NCBI GenBank assembly: GCA_002633005.1
Contig: NMRA01000035.1
Coordinates: 124,001 to 188,000, forward strand
DNA length: 64,000 bases
Source of the DNA: Phoronis australis
Taxonomy: Eukaryota; Animalia; Phoronida
Reading direction: 5' to 3'
Made by a program: the position numbers and the translations under genes. Under the pieces are notes generated by a model that searched no databases, was not told where the DNA came from, and saw only the letters and a list, made by a program, of their open reading frames with translations. Shown here in pieces: positions 13,136 through 26,795 of the stretch. The first letter of the stretch is position 1. The number at the start of each line of letters is the position of its first letter.

Positions 13136-14427
13136 CTACAAGCAAAACAGACAGCTAAAACACATGGATAACCAAATATCATTGCAGTTGCTCGAAAAAC
13201 AAAGGTTTCTGGAGTAACAACGGTTTATGTCTTATCAAGCATTTCCAATAGTGCATCAAGAGTGCAAGGAATTGGAAAATTCAACTTAGGAACAAAGTCA
13301 AATGTGTGCAAAAATCATCATGAAAAGTTCAGTTAAGAGAAAAGCTTAGGAAATGCAGTGTATTGCAGGATATAGTCCACTGCTGCAAATGTAATTCATA
13401 TATCAGTCATGAGAGACAAGGGATATGTAATGCACAAGAAACTGCATCTACTATCAGTGCTGGCAAACACCAGCATTTGACATGTCACTAGAGAGGACCG
13501 CCATCACAGAGAGAAAAAGTTGGCATAATAATTTCATTGCGCAATTCTGTGAAAACCAAATTTTCCTGCTAACTACAGGCTGCTAACCCACCAACATAAA
13601 GAGAGAACAGTATATACTATGCAATAAACAGCTTTTTATAACTTTTTAAAACCATCAACAACCTTTAGTTTAAAAAAGAAAGAGGAAAGGTACAAGAAAT
13701 TCATGAAAACTTGACCACTTGAGATTTAAGTTGGCAATACTGCAGGAATACAAGTTAATGAGATATGTCAACATGACAGTATGAAACCTTGATGAGCAGG
13801 TAATTATATTTAAACTGCTCATTAGATCAATCAAGGCCAGTTACCATTATAACTGTACATAGTGTAAGAACAGAGCTCTTTTCTTCACCACATAAATACT
13901 AACACCTAGGACCAACAAAATGAAGCAAAACAATTAGATGGAACTTTGGCATGTTAGGAACATGCCAATGAAATTGTGTCTCAAATCTTCCATTGTGAAT
14001 ACAGGTTAACCTTTGACCTAGCCAAGTCTGTTACAAAGAGACCTCAGCACCATCCTAGGCTGCAGAAGTTACTTCACATCTTGTAAACCATAACACCATG
14101 ACTCATAGCTAGTGAAAAACAACTCAGATGGTGGGATAGGTTGGCTTCAGATGTTGGACACAGCAGACACAATCAATACAGCAATCTAATGACATGACCA
14201 GTCAGCTGATGTCAAGAAACACCACAGATATCCTAATCCAAAATCTTTTCAATAGAAAATAAATTACCACCAATTTAGCATTGGAATGTATCATACTTAC
14301 AAGTAAATGCAGAGTAAACATTTCAATAAACTCATAATATCCTGTCTTACTGTCTGCTTGACCAGCATAGATAACAATCCTCAGGGCCAGGTTACTAGTT
14401 TGGTAAAGCCTCACTAAGGAAGCTAGC

Positions 14428-14500
14428 ATGATCGCGTGTTTTGCTTGTAATACATGGTAATATCTCGCGAATTCCTGCGTATTCTTACATTTTCGCGAGA
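14428..14500 (+). repeat. ~75-bp dispersed repeat (family B)
   Basis: atgatcgcgtg...aatacatggtaatatctcgcg...ttttcgcgaga. Confidence 0.75.
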
Positions 14501-17500
14501 ACCTCCCACGCCTGATTAATCATACAACTTGTATGCTAACAATACATGAGGCAAGTGTTCGAGAATGCATACATCTCTCAAACCACAGTCTCCAGTGAAT
14601 TTCTGGACACATCAAAGACTTCATGGCACTATCACACATGGAAGTGAGCCCACTATTCATGTACCTGTTTAACATACTAGTCAAAAAACGAACAATAAGT
14701 ACGGCAAATGACCAAAATGACTGTTTAAATTGAAAAATAAATAATAGTTGTCTTAGAATTTTTGAAATCTGTGCATTGCAAGAGAAATTATAGTGTATAG
14801 ATTTGCTTAATCAGTGTGGCTGAGCCACGAGTATTTATTAACATTAATGAAAGGAGGGGTTGGTCACAGTCTGGCTTAGGCGTGCTTATAGCTTGGGCAG
14901 ACAAAAGGCCAAATGTTAGCGTAGGAATTGCTTCATGTCCTGCCAAACGTTTGTCCTCATCTTCAGCTATTAATATGATTTTTACAAAGATTACTGCTGG
15001 TCAAGTAATCTATTACTGATCATGCCTCATGCTTCAAATGCAACATCTGATTTTCATGAAATTATTAATGCGATCTATTTCAAGTCACTTAGTGTTTTGT
15101 TTTCTGCTTATATTGGGGCCAACAAAGAAGAGCAAAGTTATCAATAACTTGACTTGAGCACCATAGTGCACTTTCAAGTAACAGCTTGCAGAAGCCTGGT
15201 AACAGCTATTTTAAAAACATCTAACACAGAAGGGCACTTAGCCACGGAATTCCAAAACTCCTCACGACTGAGCGAAATAAACTGGCATTCTGATATTTGT
15301 GAAGTAGTGCCTTTTTGCATGTCAACTGAAGCACAGTATCAGTCAAAGAACTCTGGTTGACCGTGCCTGTTGGGTTTCTAAGTTTTATTTTACAAAGCAG
15401 CATAAGTCCTGTCTCTCAAGAATCATGAGATCTAACGTCTGACTTCAGCTGCATTTGCAAAACTGCACCCATTAGTCAATGAAAATGCACCGTGCAGTCT
15501 TTTGGAACTGATCTGGCTCCCCAGTTGAATGGAGGACAGACTCGACACAAACACTTGACCTTCCAGTCATCTAGCTTGTTTCTAGTAATCTATAGTACTA
15601 CTGGCACTGCACACCAAATGGCTTAATGGGCCACATCAACACCCATAGCAACTGAAGCCAATTACTGGCCAGACTGTTGGTGAAGAATTTGAGAACTGAA
15701 TGCTACAAAAACAGAGCACAGAGCTCGAAGGTCTACAAATTCTAGCTGACAAATTCGATAAATAAGCAGATGTCTTTATACTGCAAGACCAAAAGTGCTG
15801 CTTGCATGGGTAGAAAGACCTGAGTTCCCACACTGTCACTTTTCAGAGAAAGTTTTGAAGGCGAACAGCTGCTAACGAATACCATTTTGACAAGTGATAC
15901 TCAAGTGGCTTTCCTGTACATCCAAGATGTATTATTATTAGTTGGCGATAAAAAGAGCATCAATTATGGTCAAGCAAGATGGGTTGTTTGAAGAAAGAGC
16001 TAACATCATGAAAACACAGGGGAAAGTCGAGAGGTATTGCACGGTCACAAACACTCCTCCCATTTTAACAGACATTCTCGAATCATCGAAATAAGCGAAT
16101 CCAAAATTCTGTTTCACTACTTTAACGTTTCATACAATGTGGTGGAGATAAGTTCCACAGAAATATCCCAACCTATATCAACTGCATGTGAATTAATATC
16201 TTGATACCAGCTGTATCAGCAAACAGAGATGTATCATACTGAGCAGAGTGAACAAGCTTGCCAGATACCGCTGCTAAAACTGGGCTAAACGGTTTAATTG
16301 AGACCTGGTGTAGATAAACACTAGTCTTGTAGGGATCCACAGCCATATGGATATGATAAATGTGATTCACAAAATAGCAGAATGAGTAAGAGGGACACCA
16401 GGGTCAAGACAGCATTCTTTGTGGCATGATAAGGTTTAGGGAATTTGTCATAACGCCATCAACTATGAAGGCTGGCAAACGATGAATGATGTTCTGAAGA
16501 GTTTAGCTGTAAACTACAGCTTGTAACAACATTTTTCAAAAGATAGTTGTCAGTTTGGTTGAGATCCACAGGATATACACACATTTATAAATTATATGGC
16601 AGCTTTCAGACTTTTGAAAAACAGCAAAAAGTAATCATCCCCACTTCACTTGAGAACCATGTGGTCTTCAGGATATAAAAACTAAATTTTGATGTTTTAG
16701 ACAGACTTCATGAAGTGTAAAGGTTTCTGTAGTTTACACCCAAGGCACGGCAAGAAGTTCATCACAAAAGTTGTTTCCACCCCTTGCCCAAGTTAGTCAG
16801 CATTCATTGCTTTTGGCAGTGGAAACATCCACCTTTTACAGATTAATTCAACTGATTGTGAGGAAGTCCAACCAATAAGATTCAGCAGCCAACCAGAACA
16901 CGATCAAAAGCCTGCACTTGCCAGGATAACAAGCACAACTAATGAGGTCACACAGTTGATGGAAAAGACAGAAACATGAACAGTAAACAGGATCTTGTGA
17001 CCATGGTAACCGCAGCTTGATCTTACCAACAGAGTTGCTGGAGAAATTAGGACACTTGTTACTAATTGAGCCACACCAAAATAATCTATCACGGGTTGCT
17101 ACTGGGTGGCTACTTTCTGCTCTAACCACACAGCAAATTCAAATGTCCCTGAACACAGTAGTCAATATGCAGAACATCCCTTCATACATCATAACAAGTT
17201 CATTGTTGGTCTAATCTCTGTCAAGCAGATGTGATGTTGAGCAATAGAGAGTTATTGGTCACCAGGTTGTTCCTGGGAGATGTATTTTCATCAAGCCAGC
17301 AGACTAGAAACATCCTGTGTCGTTAATTATGTGGTGCATATGTATTCCCATAGACAGGACAGACTAGTTAAAGCTGCATATTGTCCGATTAGCTGGCTAA
17401 GAATCCGAAAATCGAATTAAGCCTTATAAAATTGGTCTGTTAACATTCCTTACAGAGACAAGATTCTAGTTTCTTTAACAATTAGAACATCAAAACCAAC

Positions 17501-18766
17501 AGCGACTTGAGAAAATTCTTCATTTAATCGCGATTGGCCAACCCAAAAATGGAGCGTGTATGCATTGCCTGCGATTCGACAACGTAATACAAGATTGGAC
17601 GACCGTGGAAAGTTTTTAAACCCCCAACATTGACAGCTAAACACGGACAATAATGCAGCTTTGTGCAGTTCACACTGCACAATGACAAACCACAGTAAAC
17701 TGCAGGGAGGAGGTTTGTGTACAGGTGTGAGCAGCGCCAGACATCCTCAGATGTCTGCTGCAAGCTAGTCTCATCTCTATTAATAGATAAAACAGTAATT
17801 AGACATCCAGCAAAACCACATACCCTGCACCAAGCTTCCAGGGCTATTGGAAAGGCATTGACGTTATGTCTTCGCAAATACGAACAACGATTGTCCAAAT
17901 TGTCATTTTCCACTTTCAAAGGCTTGAAATGCTCAAAATTTTGTCACGTGGCTGTTCATCACAGCTACGCAGCACAAACTATGAAAATGGTGAAGTGTTC
18001 TAATTATTTCCAGTTTATTAATGACAGACATTTTGATGAATTGAAAATCCAGGGTTTAGTTTTGAGCAACTTTAACTGTTTTTTTTTCAAGAAAATCATT
18101 TAAAGTCTTGTTTTATAGGCCCTCATGCAAAAGTGGAGAATCTAAAAAATAATTGGTAATAGCATACTGTAGAACAGAATATGAAGCAAAGAATCTGTAC
18201 ATTTCATATGAATTTGATCTGCCATTTCTGAAGTTGGCAAATTTGGACATTTTACCGTAATATTAATATTGCCCATTAACTTGCAATAGAAATGCTGCCA
18301 TACAATACGAGAAACTCTGTATCTTTCCTTCCAAAATGGCTTGGTACTCTTCATAAGCATCAAAGTCTTATGCTTAACACTATAGAATTTCAAACACGAA
18401 GTTGCTCAGATTGCCAATATAAACCAGCGAATAAACACATGAAAACGAGCAATACAGGAAAACTACCAAAGTATTCTAACACAATTCTTCAGGATTTACT
18501 AGCAGACAGAACACGTATGCCCATCCATCAGTGTTATGTCAGTTGGAAGATGAAAGAATTTCAGAAACTACCAGGCCTGCATAATTAATGCCTGTGAAAA
18601 GATTGCATGTTCTTGAGGCTGATGCTGTACATTAACCAGAAACCCCACACATCCGAGGTACATCAATCTCCTGAGTGCATCAGATCAATTCATAGTAGTG
18701 CCCAATAAATATGGAGCCCCAAGATGTCGTTGTGTTCATTACCAAAGAATGCATCAAGAGCTAACA

Positions 18767-18992
18767 CAGAGAGGTACAGGAGAGGGGCAGGGGTAGAAGG
18801 ACAGGGGATGGGGGTAAGTTGACAGAGGGAGAGGGAGAGAGATATAGGGATAGAGAAGGGGGCAGAGGTAGACGGCAGAGAGATAGAGATGGGCACGGAA
18901 AAAGGAGCACGGGGAGATGGGCACAGGAAGAGGGGCACGGGGAAATTGGCGAATGGAGATGGGCACAGAGAGAAGGGTGGTGGTTATGGAGG
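18767..18992 (+). repeat. Purine/G-rich low-complexity tract with a gagatgggcac subrepeat
   Basis: Many GGG/GGGG runs; gagatgggcac occurs three times. The tract generates the spurious Pro/Ser/Leu and Gly/Arg/Glu ORFs. Confidence 0.85.
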
Positions 18993-19528
18993 TTGTGTGG
19001 TTGTTTCATTCACCGGTCACTGAACCAACATGGCGAGCTGTTCATTATTCCTAAAGATTTTGATGACTCAATGGTGACTCCAAACTGACAAGCAATAATC
19101 CTGGTCAGCAGCCTAAATTCCTCAAGAGAGATTACCATCTTCATTCACATGGACCCATGTGCTTCTTTGTCTAGACAACAAATAAGCAATTAGGAAAATC
19201 CTAAGTTAATAATCTTAACAAAATCATGGCTTAAAAATAAACCAGATGTCAGAACAATCAAGACTCCAGGAAAGAATTGGAACAAAACGAGACCGTGAAC
19301 CAATGCAAGTACAGCAATTTCAGACAAAATTTATTTAAATGCAAAAAAGGTTGAAAAATGGAAATTCTTTTGAAACAGAAAGGTTTCCCTAGCTAACTCA
19401 AAGTTATTTTTGAGATTTGAGCAAAAGGTAATCAAAGACCATGATATCACAAAAACCATACTCATAGTATTAGTACAGGTTAGTCAATCAGAAACAATCA
19501 AGTCACAATTGGAATTGGCATCACTGAC

Positions 19529-19552
19529 CTTTCCCTTGAGCTTCTTAAACAT
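19529..19552 (-). CDS. Candidate alternative first coding exon (MFKKLKGK)
   Basis: acaggATG TTT AAG AAG CTC AAG GGA AAG|gtcagt, phase 0 with A at -3. The Lys-rich end is like known ankyrin first exons. Confidence 0.6.
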
Positions 19553-22500
19553 CCTGTAATTCCTTCAACAGTCACACCCTCACACAGACAGAACTGGCAG
19601 ATTTCGAAATGATGGCGAAATAAATCCAAAAAAGTGAAAATCTGCAAGTCAAAAATCTAGAGTCTCCATGAAGGCCCTGGAGACCAGGTTTTACTCTCAG
19701 TGCAAAATGGCTGTTTAGGGCGGGAGAAGTTCTTGGTTGAACAACACAGGACAGAAATATACCCACAACAGCGCGCTCTGTGTTGGTAAGTCTGTCTCTC
19801 ATTGGTGTACTATTTCAAAACAGCAGCTCAGGGCTGGTATTCCTTATTGGGAGAGCACAGGATGCCATGCTGTGATGATTGACAGATGGGGTGGAGGCAG
19901 CTGGAAACAATGCTGCCACCTAATGTTGCCAAGCGGAAGCACTGGCCAAGAATCAATTCAGCTCAGCAAAGGCGACACCGAACGTTATGCAAATCTGAAA
20001 ACTCAGCAATCCCATAAGAATCACAGCATACGATAAGACAGCCTGGCAGTACTAATTCCAGAGCTTCCTGGAAGTTGTTCTCACAAACTACTCATTCTAC
20101 GCCACATTATTTGACATTGAGATTCAATCAACAATGACAATTGACACTTGTACACCACAATGTAGATAAAATGGAGAACTATGCGCTGTCTCAGAACACA
20201 GAACTGTGATGACTGCCAACAACAGCGACTGTGTGGCTAGAAAATCAATGAAATCGTCTGGTAGATCGAATCAAGATTCCTGAGAGAGCAAACACGCAAT
20301 TCTGGCTAGAACACCTTAATATCATGAGTAAAAGCATGAGCAAGCTGTGTTTTGGTATGTCAGCCTATTAAGTTTTAATGGCAATTCCTATTAACTGGAT
20401 ACGTTTGAAAGTGTGGTAAACGTCAATAGGAAGCTGGCGAGATCAAATCTGGAAGTGAGCGCAGAGGTTGGATAATGAATGTAAAATAAATAGGGTGATT
20501 AATTTTACCGATTTAATGAAAGAAAAAATACAGGCAGTGGAAAGTGGTAAGTTTATTTAAAAGCTACCCAATGCTATTGCGTCATTTCTATGAGTAAACT
20601 AGACATAAATAGGCAAAAGTCAGTTCCGTTCTTCACGGATGAAATCATTTTGTTAAACAAGTTCTAGATGTAATTGTTGACTGGTTCACGGACAGAGACT
20701 CAATCTTTACAATAGCAAGTAACTGTTACATCTAATGAAACTTCTAAACAGGGCAGAATTTATAAATAGCTTTTCACTTGCCCATAAAAATGCTCAAATT
20801 TTAATGTAATGGGCTTGGGAGCCCATCTGACAATTTCAAAACCTAAAATTACAAAAATCAATAAAACTTTATTATTTTAGTAACAATGTCCATACAAGTC
20901 CAAAAACGTGGCATGTTATACTCCCACACACAGAAAGTCAGTTTACAAATTGCTTTCTGAACATCCTCATATGACCAGGCAAGTGCAGTCAGTGAGATGA
21001 TCAATATATCAACCTAACCAGTGAGTAACGCCACCTATCTACAGAACACTAAACCAAAAGTTACAGGCTGAAAGCAAAGACAGTGAAGATGATGTGATAC
21101 CACAGCAATGTCCATTTTGTCAGTGCTACTGGTACTATGTCACATCCAAAATAATTATAATGCAAAACTTTTTGTAGGTGTTCTGACACTTGAACATAAA
21201 CATCATATTTAATTATGGTCAAATCACCCCAATTTTCGGACACATGATAGACAAGCAAAATTTATTTTTATTTTTTTCATCAAAGAAAAGTAGAACCAAC
21301 TAAATCCATTATTCTCCAAATTCTATATCTTAGCTACCACCGGACATGTTTTGAGAAATAATTAGCATTCACAACAATGCTAGAAATCAGAAAAATTAAA
21401 AAAATCAGTTTCATTTGACATATTTTTTTTCAAAATTTGCAAGATTTTACTCAAAAACCTACAGCAACCACAGTTTTGTCACTGCACGTGAGTGAATACA
21501 GTTCTAAATATGGCACATCAACAACTATGACCATCTCGCTGAATTTAAAACTCCAAAAACATATCTGAGAAACGCCGAGCTCTTGATTACAAAATAATCA
21601 AACAACATTGTAATGTCATGTCTTGGGTTGGTGGCGGGGTGAATCTTATGGTTTCAATTTTCGTAATTATACATAGATGAGTGCGATATCAAATGCAAAA
21701 AAAACAGCTGAGGTACAAAAAATATTAGGATCAAATTAGTCATTAATATTTCACTACGGTAAAAACATTATTTTGTAACCTGCTATTATCCTTCAGTTTC
21801 CAACTGTCGATCTGTCAATTACCTTGCCACTGCACTGACACAGTTTGAGATTAATGTCTGAAGGCAATTAAGGCCCAGCTCCAATCAAATCAAACTAAAT
21901 TGCCAATATCCTTGGCTATTCTTCAATAATGCAGGCTAAAGTTCCTGACAAGATGTCATAATACGTAAATTAAGGCAAGACTCAAAGACAGACAAAAAAA
22001 GAAACTGCGGCCAAAAACAATGACAAATCAGATAATGTGTTTGCTTAAAGCAAAAATTGCCCACACAGCACAAGACAAAGACTACAATGCCATATGGTTT
22101 TGCAATCTAACTTTGCACAGTTTAAACCAATAGTTCTAAACAATGGGTGTGCAAAACAGCTCAAGAAAGAAGAAAAAGTCAAACCATTCTGCAGCATCCA
22201 AAGGTGTACCTGTAATCACAGAACAACAAGGACCAACCACTAGACAGGGTCACTTATTAATAAAAACTACAACAGATTTGATTATTTTTCAAATATTACC
22301 TAAAGTTTGTCCGTATTTTTAAAAGAAAATTGAAACTACCATAATGTAAGGCATGCAACTGTTCATAATAAGCTAAATCTTGGGAGTGGAAGTCACGTCT
22401 GTAGTGGAGTGCTCCAGCAGTGTGTAGCCTAACACCAAAAAGACACTTTTGGCAGCAACAAATACTAACAATTAAGAGTGATTTACAAATAGAAACAGTG

Positions 22501-25415
22501 ACTTAAGATGAAACACCAGGATGTCACATAATGATGTTGCAGTCTGGCCTCATAATTTTGAAGGTGCCAAGAGGTTTTAAATGAGTAGGACCAAGGTTAA
22601 ACTCCTTCAATCATGAACTGAAATAATGCATGATAGACAAACCCCAGGTGAACCTGAAGACCACTGGCAACAGACAGTTCACCACCAACAGGTTCTATAA
22701 ATAGACAACCTAGTGATTCCTGCCACATGATATCATGAACAAACAACTTTGAGTAGTAGATGTGTGTCTGAGGAGGATGCGGAAAAAATCGCTACAATCC
22801 ACCTATTTCCCTTTTTGAGTTCCCCAAAGAGCCTGTGTAAGCCAAAGAATGGCGCCCATTCATTAAGACTTTGGTATGGGATTATCTTCAGCTTAGTCTG
22901 CGTCCGGTATTAGCACTCAGAGACGATGATAGGAACAGCGACTTGCCGGGATGTGCTTTTGAACCCATTACAAATTTATTGAACTCCTATTTTGATAAAG
23001 CACGCAAATTCCAAACTTATGCCTTTAAAATCACTTACGATAACGACATCAATGTTAAAAATCCTGAACTGGATATCAAGTTTGCAGTGAAAATATAGCT
23101 GCAAAAAGCAATCAATAAACTCCACTAGGTATTAATCATCAATCAAATAAAGTCATGAAAGCTAACTAGTCATAAAAAATCCTAAGTGATCTCCACATCA
23201 TTGAGAGTTTTGCAAAAAGATGACGTAGCCCTTGGTTATGTGCAAAATCTAAAACAAGTTTACTGCCTCCTCAAGACAACCGAGAGGCACTCACTATAGG
23301 GACCAGATTTCGATGCAATCAGCACATTACTCAATATTTAATCCTGGCTTTCTTACCAAAAACTTACAATACAGTGTTCTCACCAGGTTTTTGAGACTCT
23401 GCACTCAAAATTTGACCCCAGGGCTCAATTTTCAATTATAATTATTATTTACATTGTCATATCAGTGAATTTTGACTACAGAGCTGTGCTTACATTTAGA
23501 AATGACAAAAACATGCTCAACAGTTCCTATGCAGTCACACCACATTTAACCTTGTGAAAACAGGAATACAGTAAGTTTCCTTCAATTCGAACAAACCTAA
23601 TGGCCAAAATTTTTCTCATTTTTTAAAAGTTCAATTTGTTGTCATGTTTGTTGATGAGAGTCGTACTTCATAGCATTTTCAAATAATTAAGTTATAGAGC
23701 TTGGAATGCTCAAAGAGGAAAATTTTCAAGGCGATGCATCATTCCACAAATAAACAGGCTTGTGTGATAGATTTTCTCTTTTTTGCAAAATTTAACTGAA
23801 ATAAACAATTTGCACGAATAAAGTCAAAAGAATGATAAAAAAGACATGAAAAAGAGAAAACTGGAAATCAAGTAAGAGGAAATTGAAGCCAAAAAAGAGA
23901 AAATCCTCTCACAAGAGGAAAATTCCAAGCCCTGAAGTTATCTTGTCTTTTTGTTTGAAATTTTCATTTAAATAAAATTTTACTGTTCTGCCATATTACA
24001 TTCTAATTTGAAGAAAGTTTACTGTAACTTAGGTGTGTAAGTGGAACTATTGATGGATTTATAGAGACTACAAATAAGAATAGACACAAATCAATGAGAG
24101 GTCTTTCAAGAAACTTCTCGGAGACTTATAGAATTATCTTCCTCCTTGAGGTGAAACAAAGGACAGACAGCAGTGACATTAACTTCATGGAAAAATCCCC
24201 AATCAATTATCCTGTGATTTAAATCATACTATACATGCATACAACTGAAGTCTTCATCCACATTCATCTTCTAAGGGTGACATTTTGATGTGTGCTAATT
24301 CTTTACTTATGTAGCTCACAATATGGCTGACAAATGAAATTATGTTTTGTCAAATGTATCCACAAAATCAGGATTAAAGGCAAATTTATTCTATTACTAC
24401 CATGGTTTGTAATGTGTAGGTCTCATAAAAACATGGAAATTTTTCCAATATTTGTAGTAAAGCAAAAATGACAATTTCAGCAATTGTTTGTGTGCGATAT
24501 TAGTGGAGTATTACGGTACACAGAAAAGTTGACTTGCACAGACTCTAGAACTATGTCGTCGCCATAGATACTCAAACAATGCAAAATGTCCAGGTTTCTG
24601 TCAGTTGTTGTTGAAGCTTCATAGTTTTCACCTCAAACTAAGTCCACCAGAGCGACAAGATTGTGACAGCTGGAATGCACAACAGCTTTTCCTCACAAAC
24701 TGCAGCAAGGACGACTAGGTAACATCTCATACCAAGACAGTCTAACATCCTGACAGTTAATAAGATGCACGAAACTCCAGAATAAAGGTAGTGTGATCTA
24801 CTGCTTTGCTTTAATGCATGGCAATATCTGGAGTAGACTTGAATGATCTTGCGTATTCACGAGTTAAAAAATGTGTCTCATAATATTCTTGATCCCAATA
24901 GGATTCTATTTCGGAGTTAAATGAGATTGGTCAACACCTAAAATTGCAATGGTGCATGTACACAATGCCTGTGATAATGGAAATAGACTGGTATCACATT
25001 AAGGAACATCATTAGACTGATTTTATGGCAGTAAAAGGCTTAAGGCAACTTCTGTTTTTGAGCCAGCTAAACGGGGTAAAATGCAGCTTTAAATAAAGGA
25101 ACTCTTTTCCCAGTTCACCAACAAAAATTGTTTATAGATTTTTTCCGACACATTCATTTATCAGTTTATGACAGTCGTTAAGTGTGATTAAGTCGTCGCG
25201 GTCAAATAAACTATAATTACATTTTTAATACATTAAAACACACCAATGAGCTTGGACACAGATTACTTTTCAGCTACAACCACGGGTGGTAATCCTCTAG
25301 GAACTTTGCTTCATATCAAGATGGATAGTCTTCACAAAACAGAAATAATCTTAGGATTGCATCACTCATCGTTGGCACAAAACTTCCCTTGACACTGACT
25401 GCACTTGCTTAACTG

Positions 25416-25549
25416 GGCCAACAGGCACAAGAAAATTGAACTGCAGTCACAGGCCAACAGGCACAAGAAAATTGAACTGCAGTCACAGGCCAACAGGCAC
25501 AAGAAAATTGAGCTGCAATCACAGGCCAACAGGCACAAGAAAATTGAGC
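25416..25549. repeat. 36-bp minisatellite, ~3.7 copies
   Basis: Unit ggccaacaggcacaagaaaattgaactgcagtcaca starts at 25416, 25452, 25488 and 25524. Confidence 0.95.
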
Positions 25550-26604
25550 CTTAATTATGCCTTATTTTGACTTGAATAATAATCATTGCATTCAGATTCT
25601 AACACAAGGACAATGCAGAGAAGGGCAATTCTTCCCTATTTCACACAAAGTAAAATACGTTTCAGCTATGTAGGAGGTGTGTGGAAATAATGGAAATGCA
25701 AGATTTTGCAGGTAAGGGGTCTGCAAAGTTAGAAGCCGGAAATTGCCTGTGTGCGAAATTTCGGATTTAGGTTCATTTCTAGACCGTAATAACTGTATGC
25801 AGTTCCCGCTGATACAATTGTTGACTTTCAGTGGTAAGGTGGCATAATTTGGACTGTTAAGCAGATCAGTGACTAATGTTAGCCTCGGCAAACTTTTATG
25901 CCAAAGAAACACGCATTCCAATGGTCTGCTGATGCCAGGACTTCTGCATGGCGTGAATTTGTTTACATCAGCATGAAAAGATGTGCTGGAGTCTTGTTTG
26001 TTGATTAACAACAAGGTTTGCAGCATGATTTGATGTCCAGGTCTCTCTTTTAGTTGCAGGAGGTTGGTGTGTGCTTGTGTCTTACAGGAGACAAATTAGT
26101 TGGACATGAGCAACAGGCTTAGCAGTGTCACATTCTATTGACATAGTGCAAAGAGTGGGAAGTATGATTTCTGAATACAAGAATCACGGCTGTTGCCTGT
26201 GTTACTGGTATACGGAATTTCAGAAATTCAGCGATTGTAAATTTCAGCGGTGTGCAAAATGGGAGGAACTTTCAACTGCCATTGAAGAGCATTATGTGAA
26301 AAAAGACGGACAATAAATTTGTTTCACAAATAATTTTGAGGGTGCAAAATGAGCGGAGGTTCAAAATAGTGGAAGAATTACTGTAACTGATCAAAACAAC
26401 AATGGTTGAGGTCAAACACATTCTGCATGAAAATTTATAGATCCAAATTGTGAATTTATGTGATTGGTTTGCAGTTAAGCCATTTAGACTAACCACAAAT
26501 CGTCAACAGCCACGGTTTTCTAAAAAAGATTCCTGCAGTAAAATGTTCAAACATATTTAACAACTAAGATAATTAATGATTCAGAACTTTTAACCCCATT
26601 TGTG

Positions 26605-26795
26605 TGTTACGGTAACAATTCTTCAGTTTAGGAAAAAATTCAGTAGACAGGTGACATCTCGTTTTGTCCAATTTCTCAACAAAAATAACTTTTCAGCTTT
26701 TAGCCATTGTCTATATGCCAAACAACATTAGGTAAAATTTTGAGCATTTGCAACAATGTGGTAAGCCTCTGAAAAATAGAAATACGGCAATTTTA
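26605..26795 (+). repeat. Dispersed repeat (family D)
   Basis: aatttctcaacaaaaataacttttcag, ccaaacaacatt and gtggtaagcctctgaa.atagaaata are shared with 57693-57885. A diverged inverted copy lies at ~33755-33920. Confidence 0.7.

Noticed and set aside
16770-17350. Possible decayed retrotransposon coding fragment
   Set aside because: The composition looks coding-like, but no RT, endonuclease or integrase motif could be read in any frame.
18690-19088. Overlapping Pro/Ser/Leu and Gly/Arg/Glu ORFs
   Set aside because: These are translations of a low-complexity purine tract with no protein motif.
23289-23301. actcactataggg, resembling the T7 promoter (vector contamination)
   Set aside because: Only the 3' 13 nt match and no vector or polylinker sequence flanks it, so this is coincidence.
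25416-25549. 36-bp repeat as a CRISPR array
   Set aside because: The units are contiguous with no unique spacers, there are no cas genes, and the context is a eukaryotic intron.
25592-26026. Longest ORF in the track (144 aa) as a nested gene
   Set aside because: No domain similarity, composition typical of non-coding DNA, and no supporting exon chain.
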